Part shown: positions 14,201-27,309 of the stretch, in pieces
How positions within the stretch are numbered: position 1 is the stretch's first letter
Layout of the letters: each line of letters opens with the position of its first letter
Assembly (NCBI GenBank): GCA_964016885.1
Contig: OZ024743.1
Coordinates: 66,154,001 to 66,218,000, forward strand
Origin: Eledone cirrhosa
Lineage: Eukaryota
Direction of reading: 5' to 3'
Length of the DNA: 64,000 nt
Notes under the pieces: generated by a model
What the model was told of the DNA's origin: nothing
What the model saw: only the letters and a program-made list of their open reading frames with translations
Databases searched by the model: none
Position numbers and translations under genes: made by a program

Positions 14201-16911
14201 TGTAGTCGACTACTTTAAATTGTGGACAACCTACACTAGCCTTATCTGTTTCCCTACAGAATACCCTATCTAAATACGATCTGGATGATACGATGCGGTT
14301 TGCCCATGTCCATTCGCACATTCGGATAATCCAGTCTATACCTGTCAGACAGTTCAAAACGTCTGAGCAGGTTGTTGAGGCTTTTACACCCTCCTTCCCT
14401 GTCTACTAGCTCCACATAATCCCAGCGTGCATCTAAGATACCGTTTCAGTCGCTCACTAACACTAAAGAGCGGGATATTCCAAGAAAGGTCTCTAGACGT
14501 CTGAAGAAATATGGCCGTCCTGCCCCTGTTGGGGCGTAGACGGCTACTAGCCTGAAAGCATTGCCTTCGCTGCCGGTCACGTCCAGCACCCCCATCTTAC
14601 CTTCTGGGTCCAGGAAGATGGCAGTATGGCGAGATCCAAGCCTCTCCGAAAAAGCACGGCACCCACTCCCTCCAATCCTGGACGGCTGGAAGATGCGTAT
14701 ACATCGTAGCCGCCGAAGATCGGTGCGTAGGCTCGTGCTTCGGAGATTCTGGTCTCGCTGATGGCCACCACATCTATGTTTAGTGACCTGAATTCGTTGA
14801 GCAGGTGACCCTGCTTCCAAGATGACCCCAGGCCAGGTACATTTATACTGCCTATTCTAAGTACAGCCATGTTGGATGAGAAACGGAGTAAGTGAGAAAG
14901 GATCACTTACCTTGATCGTGTAGTGAAGGGACAGTAGAAACGTCCCTTTGGCTGGTCATGGGTGTTTCCAAGAGGATGTTGGTGTATATCCTGTTGGTAA
15001 CCGACCCTCTGAAGTCTCCAACTACGTTGGAGAATTTTTGTTTTAAAAGTTTGTAATGTTCTATTGAGATTTCAATGATGCTTATGTTTGTCGGAAGAGT
15101 TCTTGGTGTTGGTGTGGTGTAGTAGTTTTTTTTCTGTGATGTCTGTGTGCTGCTTTATGTGTTGTAGGAGTTCTTTATTTGCCATGTTTATGGCTGTGTA
15201 CTTTTTGGGGAGAGGGGCGATTTTGTTGTTGTTTTCTTGTTGTTGGTGTTGGGTGTGTGTGTTTTGTTGTGTTTGCGATGTTGGTGTTTTTGGTGATGCT
15301 GGTGGTGGTGTGGTTGTTGTTGGTGGTGATGCTTGTGGTGGTGATGGTGATGGTGGTGGTTTTGCTGCAAGTCTCCTTGCAGCCTTTACCCATCTTTGTC
15401 TGTTTTCGCTTTTGGAGGGTGAAGTTAAGGGTTTTTTTCTTTTTTGTTCTTTTTTTGTGGCAGACCCTTTATTTGCCACTTCCCTCCCGCCACACACTCA
15501 ATGTTAGACCCCGCAGCGTGCGGGAGGGGCATGAGCTCCACTGCTGTTGGTGGTGGTAGTGAAGCCCGCTCCGGCGATTTTACCGCCGGCGTAGCTACTG
15601 CGACTGTTGGTGTTGGCCCCACTGCTGCCGCTGCTTTAGTTGTCCGTGGCCTTGGTATGGGTGCCACGGACGTTGCAGCCCTTTTTCGCGGTCTATGAGG
15701 TCTGGGATGGCCTCGATGCATTCCTGGTCAGTCTGTATTAGCATTTGCATGCCTATTCCTGACCAGTTCTCTCTTCCCATTCTCTGTTTTTGCAGTATGG
15801 TGGTCTTCTCGATTCCAGCTAGTACAAACGCGGCCAGCCAAGGTATGGGCACGTCGGACGGGACCTGGGTCATTTTGACCCTCACAATTTTCTACCCGCA
15901 GTAGGAGGGCACCAATACTATCTCCTCATTCTTTAGGGTTTCCAAAGCGTGAGACTTCGCCTCTTGGGGGCTGGCGAAAAGTACGTCTACTGTGCGTACT
16001 TTTTGCCTCGGGTGATGTGAGTTTTGCGCGCATCCCAAAGCCTTTTGGATTTGATCCTCCGTGGCTCTCTCCACCCGATGTTACATTTTGCTTACGGTGC
16101 GGTAAATCACCGTGCGCAGTTGCTGGTCTTTGAAGAAATCGGGTAGAGGTTTCAGGGAAACTCTGTTGTCGTTTCTCGACACCATGGCTCTTGTGACTGC
16201 CATCTCCTCCTCCGTGACTAGCACTGTTTCTATATTTCGGGCCACACCTGCGAAAGAAGTGGCCCCTTTTTCAGCGGCACCCTTATTGCTGCCGCTACTG
16301 CTGCTACTGGTCTTGTTATTGGTGCTGTTGCTGTTGCTACTGTTACAAACGGTGTTGTCGTTGGTGTTGTTGCTGTTATCACTGTTGTAGTTGGTTGTGT
16401 TTTTGGTGCCACTGTTGTTGTTTTCGGTGCAATTTGTATTGTTGCTGCTGGTGTTGTCGTTGTTTATTTTCTTGTTAGTGGTGTTAATATCGTTGTTGCA
16501 TTTGTTGTCATTTTTTTCTGTTGTCTGTATTTTGGTTGACGCTGTTATTGTTGTAGTTGGTGTGGTAATTTTTTCGAAATTAGTGTACTCAGTGTTGTCT
16601 TGTTCACGTTGTTTGTGGTGGTGTCTGTTGCAACAATTTTTGTAACCCTCCTCTCAACTTTTACGCCGTTGTCAGCGACAGCAGACATATTGCTGGGTGG
16701 CGTGGCTCAGCCATGTTTTTTTAAAACAATTTTTAAAAGTAAAATGTTCAAATATTTCGGCCAAAAGGCCCAGATATTTTACTTACCCCTTCACAGGGCA
16801 AAGTCTAAGAGCTTATATCCCTTACACAACAAGAAATATTTAACAACAAATAATTTTAACAGGTAAATAAAGCGACTGACTGGGAGCGAGCAAAAGGCGT
16901 CCGAACAGACC
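11255..16911 (-). mobile_element. Near full-length decayed L1/Tx1-clade LINE (ORF1 ~16714-14903, ORF2 14870-11464)
   Basis: ORF2 fragments MAVLRIGSINVPGLG, SYLDRVF, YTDH, KSPDLDGLP, RQGCPLS, SAYADD, RGALLVRDKL. An upstream low-complexity ORF1 remnant is present. Confidence 0.92.
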
Positions 16912-16932
16912 TAAAATAATAATAATAATAAT

Positions 16933-17122
16933 AATTGTTTCTACTTCTGGCACAAAGCCAGCAATTACCCAGTGTATTACTGGTACTTTATTTTATCGAC
17001 CCCGTAAGGATGAAAGGCAAAGTTAACCTTGGCGGGATTTGAACTCAGATCATAAAGAGGCGTAACTCTATGCGTCAAAGCATGGCATCCGACCCTCTAC
17101 CGATACTGCCAATCCACCGCCA
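16933..17122 (-). mobile_element. tRNA-headed SINE with Nin/Deu-like domain
   Basis: B box gagttcaaatccc, then tttcatccttacggggtcgataaaataaagtaccag; many copies in the window. Confidence 0.8.
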
Positions 17123-17124
17123 TT

Positions 17125-17792
17125 ATAATAATAATGATTTCATTTATTGGCCACAAGGGCCGACATGTAGGGGACAATACAAAGACAGGGACAGTGGGGG
17201 TTTACAATAAGGTCGAGTAAAAGTGCACAATGGCAAGACTAATTTAACAATGAAGATATACAAATATAAAATAAAATATGTATAAATTTAAGAAAATAAA
17301 TAAATTCCCCTATCGGGGAAGGACGACCTAGGAGTGACTCAGGTACCCCACCAATCCTGAACCACCCTGCGCTACTAGGGCACCCTCACCTCAAATTAGC
17401 TTGCCTATGGGCGTATGGTCAGAGTAGGCCCATTCACACGGGCCATTCTCGCCACATTCATCCACCTTTTAGCAAATGTACTGGGGGGGGGGGGCACTTC
17501 TCCCTCCACCCTCACCTTCCTTTCCAGGTGAAACTTGAAGAAGTTGATGAGGGATTGGCCGAAGAAAAATGTATCTGTCTTCAGTCCTGCCAATCTGGTC
17601 CACCATATAACCTCTTTCGCAACTGCCACCAGACAGAGGAATGTTGCCTGCTCTTCCTGACCAAAGGAAGGCGGCGGGTCGATCTTCATTATGGACTCGG
17701 CCGATAGCCGGTTCCGTTCTACACGCGACAGTAGCTGTTCGACATAACTCCACAAGTCAGTAATGCACCGACATTGGACAAGTGCGTGCAGC
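17125..17792 (-). mobile_element. 3' fragment of the same L1/Tx1 subfamily as 7412-11160
   Basis: LHALVQC...DLWSYVEQLLSRV...; 3' end gatttcatttattggccacaag matches 7432-7453. Confidence 0.9.
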
Positions 17793-17982
17793 AATTTTGG
17801 GCGAGGGGGAAGTCGATTAAATCGACCCCAGTGGCTGCCTGGTACTTTATTTTTATCGACCCCCATAAGGATGAAAGGCAAAGTAAACCTCGGCGGAATT
17901 TGAACTCAGACTATAAAGGGCCGTAACTCTTGCTGCAAAGCATGGCATCCGACCCTCTACTGATACTGCCAATCCACCACCC
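17793..17982 (-). mobile_element. Nin-domain SINE
   Basis: Same family as 16933-17122, longer variant with ggggtcgatttaatcgac. Confidence 0.8.
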
Positions 17983-18008
17983 TTTTATTTTTTATTTTAT
18001 TTTTTTTA

Positions 18009-18122
18009 AGGCGCATGGCTTAGTGGTTAGAGCATTGGGCTTGCAATCGAAAGGTTGTGAGTTCGATTCTCGGACCGGGTGATGTGTTGTGTCCTTGAGC
18101 AAGACACTTTATTTCACGTTGC
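18009..18122 (+). mobile_element. tRNA-derived SINE, second family (copies at ~24900-25030, 29040-29305, 40650-40770, 42740-42990, 63490-63735, all minus strand)
   Basis: A box tggcttagtgg, B box gagttcgattc, body gtgtccttgagcaagacact. Confidence 0.8.
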
Positions 18123-18911
18123 CCCCCCCCCCCCCAAAAAAAAAAAATAATAGTAATAATGATAATATATATATACATATATGTGTGTGTGTGTGTGTGA
18201 TAATAATAATAATAAGATCGATATCCAATGATTTCGATCTCGTTGTTTGCGAATTGCACAACAAATTAATTTGGAGCACACACATAGGATCAAGTGTAAT
18301 ACAACATTCCCAGCCTGAAGACTAAGCTGTGAAAGCAGTATAATTATTGTATGGACAGGTTAACATATAGAAACGTTAAAGTGCTCACAATTTCATGACT
18401 TGAAACAGATATTATCCCCTAGTACACAAAATTCCGCCAGAGTACAAAAATCCACGTCTAAGCTGGTACAGTAATGTTTTAAATTTCATGGAGAATCCGC
18501 TGGTCATCGATTAATATTAAATCAATACCCAACAAATTCCAGACAAGGTAATTCTCATCAGCCAGCAAGCAGTTCTATGAGGGATTTCCGAGAATCGAAC
18601 TTACTACTAAATGTTCATACATATGTTATTTCAGATGTACATGTTCAAAATTCTTTTGTTCATAAAGCTGTGATACGTGTTTCAATGGTGATCATAGCTA
18701 CGTGATATTTTGATCACGCAACCAGTAACGCTACATAATCAAACAACATTCTACGCAATGAGGTTATGTTTCCAATCCAATACAAGCTAAAAGACAATGG
18801 AACGGACCAATATAGTTTTTGCACCACAGGAGTCCGTTCTGTCCGTTTGGTATGAATCACACGATAGCCAATTATCACACTTATTGATAATAAAATGAGG
18901 AAAATTCACAA

Positions 18912-19178
18912 AGAATGTCTCAGGAAAGAATCGCTGGACAGATTTTACGGGCAAAATCAACCGACAGGAGAGCCAAGGGTAGACCCCGAGCAAGTTGGTT
19001 GGAGAACATCTATGAGCTTGGCTGGTCTCGCTTGGGCATCCAGCTGGACCAGTTGGAGACGGTTGCTTCTGAGAGGACCCACTGGAGGGAGTGTTTGAGG
19101 ACTTTGTCCCCACGACGCTCTCAAGAAGAAGAAGAAGAAGAAGAAGAAGAAGAAGAAGAAGAAGAAGAAGAAGAAGAA
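18912..19178 (+). mobile_element. RTE-clade LINE 3' fragment with (GAA)n tail
   Basis: RMSQERIAGQILRA...GRPRASWLENI; matches 43540-44065. Confidence 0.8.
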
Positions 19179-19419
19179 AAATTTAATGGGGCAACTTTAA
19201 TGTTTTTTTTAAATAAAAAGAAAAACGAAAGACAGAACTTTAGCAGGTTCGACCTCTAGCAACGGAACTGCTGGTCCACCCGAGGTGACAACATCTAACA
19301 AACAAGCCAACACACTGAGGTGCCAAGAACCATACTTCTACATGGTTGCTCGACCTGCTAGATATACTATCCCTTAAATTAAAATCCTACTGTATTGAAA
19401 AAGCATGGACATATAAAAT

Positions 19420-19610
19420 AATTGTTTCTACTTTTGGCACAAGGCCAGCAATTATCCCAGTATATTACTGGTACTTTATTTTATCGACCCCGTAAGGATG
19501 AAAGGTAAAGTTAACCTCGGTGGGATTTGAACTCAGACCATAAAATGCCGTAACTCTTTGCTGCAAAGCATGATGTCAGGCCCTCTACCGATACTGCCAA
19601 TCCACCGCCA
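19420..19610 (-). mobile_element. Nin-domain SINE
   Basis: Same family as 16933-17122. Confidence 0.8.
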
Positions 19611-19732
19611 TTACAATAATATTGTCCTAGACACTGGTAAAAGGACAAGATGATCAGCAGACCGGATTGCCTTTGATTATACCATTACACAGTACAGGCT
19701 GACCTAGGGCTAAATAAATACATAACTTCCTC

Positions 19733-19943
19733 ATCAACATCATCATCATTACCACCATCATCATCACCACCACCATCATCATCATCATCATCATCATTAC
19801 CATCATCATCATCATCATTACCATCATCATCATCATCATCATCATCATTACTATCATCGTCATCATCATCATCATCATCATCATCATTACCATCATCATC
19901 AACAGGTGATATACCTATTGTCAGTGGATGATGCAGTGTTTGT

Positions 19944-19988
<45 letters not shown>

Positions 19989-20866
19989 AGCCACCACCAC
20001 CACCACCAGCACAACAACAACAGGAACACTACCACCACCACTATCACCACCACTATCACCACCACCACCACCACTACCATCTCCACCACTAATATCAGCA
20101 GCATCATATCAACATCAACATCAGCACCACTACTACCAACATCACTACCCACAGCAGTAGCAGTAGTAGCATAATCACCACCACCACCACTATCACCAAC
20201 ACCAACACCACCACCGCCACCACCCTTACAGCAGTAGCAACATCATCAACGCCACCACCACTATAACCACCACCATCACCTCCGCCGACATTACCAGCAC
20301 CGACACCACCACCACCACTACCACCACCGACAAACCTACCGCCACCACTACTACTATTACTACCAACAGCAGCAGCATCATAACCACCGACGCCACCAAT
20401 ACCACCACCACTTGCACCACTATCACCAACACCACCACTACCACTATCACCATCACCACCATCGTCACCCCCACCACCATCACCACCAAAACCACCACCA
20501 CCACCAACAACACAACATCCGCCATCACCACCACCACCTCCTCCATCACCACTACCAAGATCAACACCACCACCACCGCCGCTACCACCACAACCACCAC
20601 CATCACCATTACCATACCACCACCACCACCACCACCACTACAACCACCACCACCACCACCACCGCTACCACCACCATCACCGCCACCACCATCACCACCA
20701 CTACAACCACCACCACCACCACTACCGCCACCACCACCATCACCGCCACCACCGCCACCACCGCCACCACCACCACCACCACTACAACCACCACCACCAC
20801 CGCTACAACCACCACCATCACCAACACCACCAACACCACCAACACCACCACCGTCACAACAATAAT
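19733..20866. repeat. (CAT)n, (ACT)n, (ACC)n trinucleotide arrays
   Basis: Directly visible. Confidence 0.95.
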
Positions 20867-21555
20867 AACATTTCTTCTGTATAGAGATGTCTGACCGGGA
20901 TTTGTGGTGCTTAGTCATCGCTGTGGGGTGGGTGGGGCAGGAGGAAGTGGGTATGTATGGGGTGGGGGATAAGGGGTGCTGGTGAGGGGTAGGGGCACGA
21001 GGAAGTCTGTGTGGGGGATAAGGGGCGGCAGTGTGGGGTTGGGAGACTGTTAAAATATAAGATGAAGGAAAGTGTGTATTAAAGAAAGAGAGCGGAAAAA
21101 TAATAATCTACACCACACACACACATAGACACACACACAGACAGACAGACACAGACACACACAGACAAGCATTGACACACACACGCACACACACACAGAC
21201 ACACACACACACACACAAACACATACACACACAGACAGACAAACAGATATAGACATAGACAGACACACACATACAATCACAGCCATAGGCATACATACAC
21301 ACATGCAAATACACTCACACACAAAAGCATATACGTACACATACATATATGCAAATATATATATATATATAAGTTGACGGAAGTAGCATGGGTTTTACTG
21401 CTAGGACCGGTTGCATCTCAGCGTACTCAATAGGTAATGTTAAATAAACTCCCAGATTAACACATAGTTATTCGCTTTAAGACACCCAAACACATACACA
21501 CACACAGTGACACACACACACTCACACACACACACACACACACACATACACACAC

Positions 21556-21584
<29 letters not shown>

Positions 21585-21591
<7 letters not shown>

Positions 21592-21938
21592 AGTAAGTCA
21601 AACTTGTTAAATTTGGCTTCGTTTATTATAAATTCTCTGCTATATATATTTCAGTGACCTCTTCAAGCAGTATGAATTAATGTAGAAAGGACAGGTAAAA
21701 ATGGTGTTGAAATGTGTTCCACTCTGTCAATTCATTGATATGTCCAGCTCCTGGGTGTGTTGTTAGTCCTACGAGGAACTGAAATATATATAGCAGAGAA
21801 TTTATAATAAACGAAGCCAAATTTAACATGTTTGACTTACTTATTTTACATTACTCCTGAGTAAACAAACCAGCCTGCGTACCTCATCGAGTGCTCTAGC
21901 CTGCATACTGAGGTATCGGTAAAGAACCAACACATACT

Positions 21939-21940
<2 letters not shown>
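21585..21940. mobile_element. PLE-type remnant: ~70-bp inverted arms, minimal hammerhead-like motif and tail, in (TA)n
   Basis: 21585-21654 is inverted at 21779-21848. Minus strand reads ctgc-TTGAAGA-ggtcact-GAAA-tatata-TA-gcag (21637-21670). Confidence 0.7.
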
Positions 21941-21984
<44 letters not shown>

Positions 21985-22206
21985 TAAGAATAATGAGTTC
22001 TAAACTCAAGCAGTCTTTTACAATGAAATAGCTCAAAGAAAGAAGTATTTCTGAGCCGTGTAATACAAGTTAATATAAATTAATATATATGATAAAACAC
22101 AAATACCAACATATAAGTGTTTGTATTGTAAATGACTAAGTTAGCTAGATTGAAAAATACTAATAATAATACAGTTTGCCTGTCTCGATTTAAAATATTT
22201 TACTCT

Positions 22207-22945
22207 TGTGATTATTCATGTTTATTTATATGTTAATCAATTTCTAGTTATTATAAAATGTCCGGATCTACTCGTTAGAATCTTAGAGCTTATTTTGCGG
22301 GTGATATGGCGCATGTCCCTCTGGCATGACACCCATAATTTTGATTTAGATTAAATTCATTTGATTTAACTTAATTTTGGATACAGATAGATAAATACGG
22401 CTCCTTAATTGTAGAGCTAACACTGTTGAAAGGACTCGACTGCTGTTTCTAGTTGTTGATAACCCTATTCACCCCACTGGGACGAAGCTAGTATGATGTG
22501 TGTATTTCTAGTAGATATAGCACGTGGTGCTGGCCAGTCGCTGATTTGAACTTGAAGTGTAAACACTGATCGCTGGAACTTCTTCCTTGTTGAAAATCCA
22601 AGTATCCGCTTCCGTGGTTTACCATTCGATTAATTGGTGAAATATATTTCTTTAATGGAATATATACAGGGAAGATTAATCATATTATAAGGTATCTATT
22701 TTTGAAGTTCTGCTCAACTTTATTTAGTTACCTACCTAACTATGTGTGGTTACACACTTGTAAAAATTATCTTCTGTGATTATTCATGTTTATTTATATG
22801 TTAATCAATTTCTAGTTATTATAAAATGCTCGGATCTACTCGTTAGAATCTTAGAGCTTATTTTGCGGGTGATATGGCGCATGTCTTTCTGGCATGACAC
22901 CCATAATTTTGATTTAGATTAAATTCCTTTGATTTATCTTAATTT

Positions 22946-22947
<2 letters not shown>
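22207..22947. repeat. 173-bp direct repeat with 568-bp period, ending in (TA)n
   Basis: 22207-22379 matches 22775-22947 with few mismatches. Confidence 0.9.
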
Positions 22948-22992
<45 letters not shown>

Positions 22993-23196
22993 CATCATTG
23001 TTTCTGAGGATAGACGTGAGAATAGATATGCTTATTTGAAGCAAGTGGTATCGTGTTGATAACTGCTATCGATTTGTCTGTATATCGGTAAAATATTTAA
23101 CCCTTTGAAACGATCGTAAAATGCATTAACTACTGCATTGTTTTACTTTCTCATTATTCAATATTACTCTCTCTCTCTCTTTTTCCCCTCTCTTTG

Positions 23197-23264
<68 letters not shown>

Positions 23265-23395
23265 ACACACACGCACACACACACACACACACACATATGT
23301 ATATATCATGTAAAGAAAATCTTTTTCGGGGAAATTATTGGATTTTTTCAAATTTAAAGGTTTCTTAGGAACTTTCAATGTTTATTTTATGTTTT

Positions 23396-23452
23396 GTCGT
23401 CTGAAGAGCTGAGGCTATATTAACTGATAGGCCTCAGTGAAATATGTATGCG
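23396..23452 (+). ncRNA. Hammerhead-like motif (stem I decayed)
   Basis: CTGAAGA-gctgagg...cctcagt-GAAA-tatgTA. Confidence 0.55.
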
Positions 23453-23488
23453 CATGTATGTGTCTGTATGTTTTTCTGTGTTTTATAC

Positions 23489-23552
<64 letters not shown>

Positions 23553-23814
23553 CGGAGTTTTAAATAAACCTGAACCAACTGAATATGGTTTCCGACCTTT
23601 ATATATATATATATGTATGTAAAAGGTAAACAGAAATAACAACACAATCGGTACACTATATGGAAGGGATATATTAGGTTAACGCTTGATATAGCAGATA
23701 TATATAATATATATATATATATATGTATGTAAAAGGTAAACAGAAATAACAACACAATCGGTACACTATATGGAAGGGATATATTAGGTTAACGCTTGAT
23801 ATAGCAGGAAGAGG

Positions 23815-23850
23815 CTTTTAACGCTTCGGACGCTAGTCCTTCATCAGAAG
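23815..23850 (-). ncRNA. Minimal PLE-type hammerhead motif, one core mutation
   Basis: ctt-CTGATGA-a-ggac-tagc-gtcc-GAAG-cg-tTA-aag. Confidence 0.65.
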
Positions 23851-24466
23851 AAAGAATGAGAAATAAGATAGACTGAGGGGACGGGCAAGTTGGAATTGGA
23901 AAAAATGTCTTTAGATAAAAATAACAGGTCCATTCATGTTGACATCTCTTGCAAAGCTGTTGGTGCTGGCGTTTTGTGTATGATTTTGTTTTTAGAAAAG
24001 TGGATGATGGAGCGCGTCTACCTGGAATGGAAATAAACCGTTTTGTAAAAAGAGCTATAATTGTGCAGGCGTGTAAGCATGTGTGTGTGTGTTTTTATAC
24101 GTCGGTATGAAGCTACGCATGCACAGGATACACAGGATACACAGATACACTCGTAAACACACACATACAAGCACTCATAAACACTCACAAACACACATAC
24201 ATACATGCAAGCACAAGAGATATAATTACATACAATGTTTCACACAGACACAGACCTGATCGGAACATTACCCCCATCGCCACTCACCCACCCTTTCCTA
24301 TATTCAGGCAGCCAGTCTTTAATTGCATGTATATTCCTTATGCAGACCCCTCTACTGATGCATTTTTACTTTACCCTTTATTGATACATATAGGCAGTAT
24401 ATACTTTTCACCCCCCCTCCCTTTTTTTTCTATATCTTTATCTCGGCATTCTTATAGTAAATATAC

Positions 24467-24505
24467 TTCGCTGATGAAATCCAATAAGATAGAAACATGT
24501 CGGTT
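24467..24505 (+). ncRNA. Minimal hammerhead-like motif (stem I decayed)
   Basis: CTGATGA-a-atc-caataa-gat-a-GAAAC-at-GTC. Confidence 0.6.
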
Positions 24506-24677
24506 GCTTTCACGAAATTGACTTATAGAAAAGTTCCAATTTCAAATCATTGTCTTAAATTGCTCCAGAATATTTGGATCATCCATGCATCGAGTACTAC
24601 TGTGATTTGTGGTGTTCATGGTCTCTTCACCACAAGCACAAGCACACATAGACACACTCCCTACCTCACTCCCCCTC

Positions 24678-24731
<54 letters not shown>

Positions 24732-25066
24732 GTCAGGTCGCTCTCGAGTGCTACTGGTAAGAATAACCCAGTACGACCTGTCTCAAGACCCAGCAAAGGG
24801 CGCAAGAACGGTACCTTTTTTTTTACACATAGTAAGTACCCCTACGGGCAAGGTTGTTTATAGAAGTCCAGCAGTTGTCCATGCAAACCAGTCTCACCGA
24901 TAATGTCCAAGGGAAGGCAAAGCCTGATGCCACTCAGCATTAGTGAGTTCGCAACTCATTTCTACAACTGAGTAAACTGTAGGCTTGTAAAGTGTCTTGC
25001 TCAGGTACACAATGCATCACCCGGTCCAAGAATATATATATATAATATATACATATATATATATAC

Positions 25067-25181
<115 letters not shown>

Positions 25182-25297
25182 CATATATATAATAGTAATA
25201 ATAATAAATTTGAAGACTAAAATCCAAAGTTGTTTCAGAAGATCCCGTTAAGGGTGAAAGCAACGATTCTTTGCTTAAACTTTAAGCTGTTATTTTA

Positions 25298-25341
<44 letters not shown>

Positions 25342-25395
25342 CGTTTCTGAATTTGTTTAGCAAGATTCTTTATCTGAAATCGTGTGTTGAAACCG

Positions 25396-25913
25396 ATATT
25401 GTTATACTTTGGGAGGGTCATGTTGCCAATAAGAAACACACGCACCAGTTGCTTTCACTTCAATTTAATTTATTAAATATTTATAAATTTACAAATTTAT
25501 AAATTTCTGGTTGGTTGGTTGGTTCCACAACCAGATAGTTGTTTATATATATATAGTCATAGTTCTTTCGTCACACACTCTGTGACCTCTTCAGTGACTG
25601 GGGATTTCGTTCTTCGTTTCTGTGTCTTTCCTTTCTTCTATCCTACGCCATTGAGAAGAAACAAAATGGCGTAGGATAGAAGAAAGGAAAGACACAGAAA
25701 CGAAGAACGAAATCCCCAGTCACTGAAGAGGTCACAGAGTGTGTGACGAAAGAACTATGACTATATATATATAAACAACTATCTGGTTGTGGAACCAACC
25801 AACCAACCAGAAATTTATAAATTTGTAAATTTATAAATATTTAATAAATTAAATTGAAGTGAAAGCAACTGGTGCGTGTGTTTCTTATTGGCAACATGAC
25901 CCTCCCAAAGTAT

Positions 25914-25921
<8 letters not shown>
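25396..25921. repeat. 257-bp-arm palindrome with 12-nt spacer; each arm carries a hammerhead motif
   Basis: 25396-25652 is the reverse complement of 25665-25921. Motif agtca-CTGAAGA-g-gtcac..gtgac-GAAA-gaac-TA-tgact at 25718-25762. Confidence 0.92.
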
Positions 25922-25958
<37 letters not shown>

Positions 25959-26538
25959 ACGAAGGAAATGTGGTAAGGAACCAGATGGGCCATAACGCAC
26001 CAAAGTACTTAATGCTTAGGGTAGTAGAGTGGGTCCAGAACTAATTTCCAGAGTTAGCCGTCGAAACGGCTTGAGCTCTGCCGTCGGTGTCATACTTGTT
26101 CCTATATATACATATATATTTAAATAACAGATTAAAGTTTAAGCCAAGAATCACTGCTTTCAGCCTTAAAGGGATCTTAACGGATTTTAGTCTTCACATT
26201 TATTATTACACACACACACATATATAGAGAGAAATTTCCTGATCATTTCATTACGAATGAAACAGTTCTAGTCATGTAGAATTCATTTCTATATATAATT
26301 GTATATATATATATAGAAATAAGTTTAACCCCGACGCCAGAGCTCAAGCCGTTTCGAATGCTATTTCTGGACTATTTCCAGAAATAGACGTCGAAAAGGC
26401 TTGAGCTCTGGCGTCGGGGTTAAACTTATTCCTATTACCCACTCTACTACCCAAAGTATTGGGTACTCTGGTCCGGTATGGTCCATTTGGTTCCTTACCA
26501 CACCGTCTTCGTTATAAATATATATATATATATATATA

Positions 26539-26637
<99 letters not shown>

Positions 26638-26724
26638 TGTGCGTATGTGTGTGTGTAATAATAATAAATGGGAAGACTAAAATCCGAAAGCAGTGATTCT
26701 TTGATTAAACTTTAATCTGTTATT

Positions 26725-26765
<41 letters not shown>

Positions 26766-26986
26766 AAAAGTGACCCGTTGCAAAACACATATATATTTAT
26801 GACTTTATATATATATATATGTGTAAACCTTTATATATATATATATATGCACATATATATACAAGCGGAAAATTGAAGTGGAAAGCGAAAATAGACAAAA
26901 AGATACAGCGTTTGCACTATGTTTCTGTCTGAAAAGAAGATGATGAAGGTGTAAGTTAACAGAGAGGGTGGAGTAGACGATGATAG

Positions 26987-27027
<41 letters not shown>

Positions 27028-27273
27028 GAGAGAGAGAGGGAGAGAGAGAGATAAAGAGAAACAGAAAGAGAGAGAGATAAGGCGAAGGGAGGGGATAGGG
27101 AACATTAATAGCGTATGAGGGGAAATACGAGAAGAAATGAAAAGAGGGGAGAACATTTAGACGAAAGAAAGAGAGAGAGAGAAAGAGGGAGGAGGTGAGA
27201 TGGACAGAAAGAGAGCGAGAGAAATAGGAGAGAATGAGAGAGGAAGAGAGAGAGATAGAGGGAGAGAGAGAGA

Positions 27274-27309
<36 letters not shown>

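Noticed and set aside
18009-18080. tRNA gene
   Set aside because: No acceptor stem, and it continues into a multi-copy SINE body.
18324-18350. CTGAAGA..GAAA..TA hammerhead-like spacing
   Set aside because: Stems I-III do not pair; likely chance.
18409-18514. Possible host terminal exon (YYPLVHKIPPEYKNPRLSWYS...)
   Set aside because: Weak acceptor, no recognisable homology and no partner exon.
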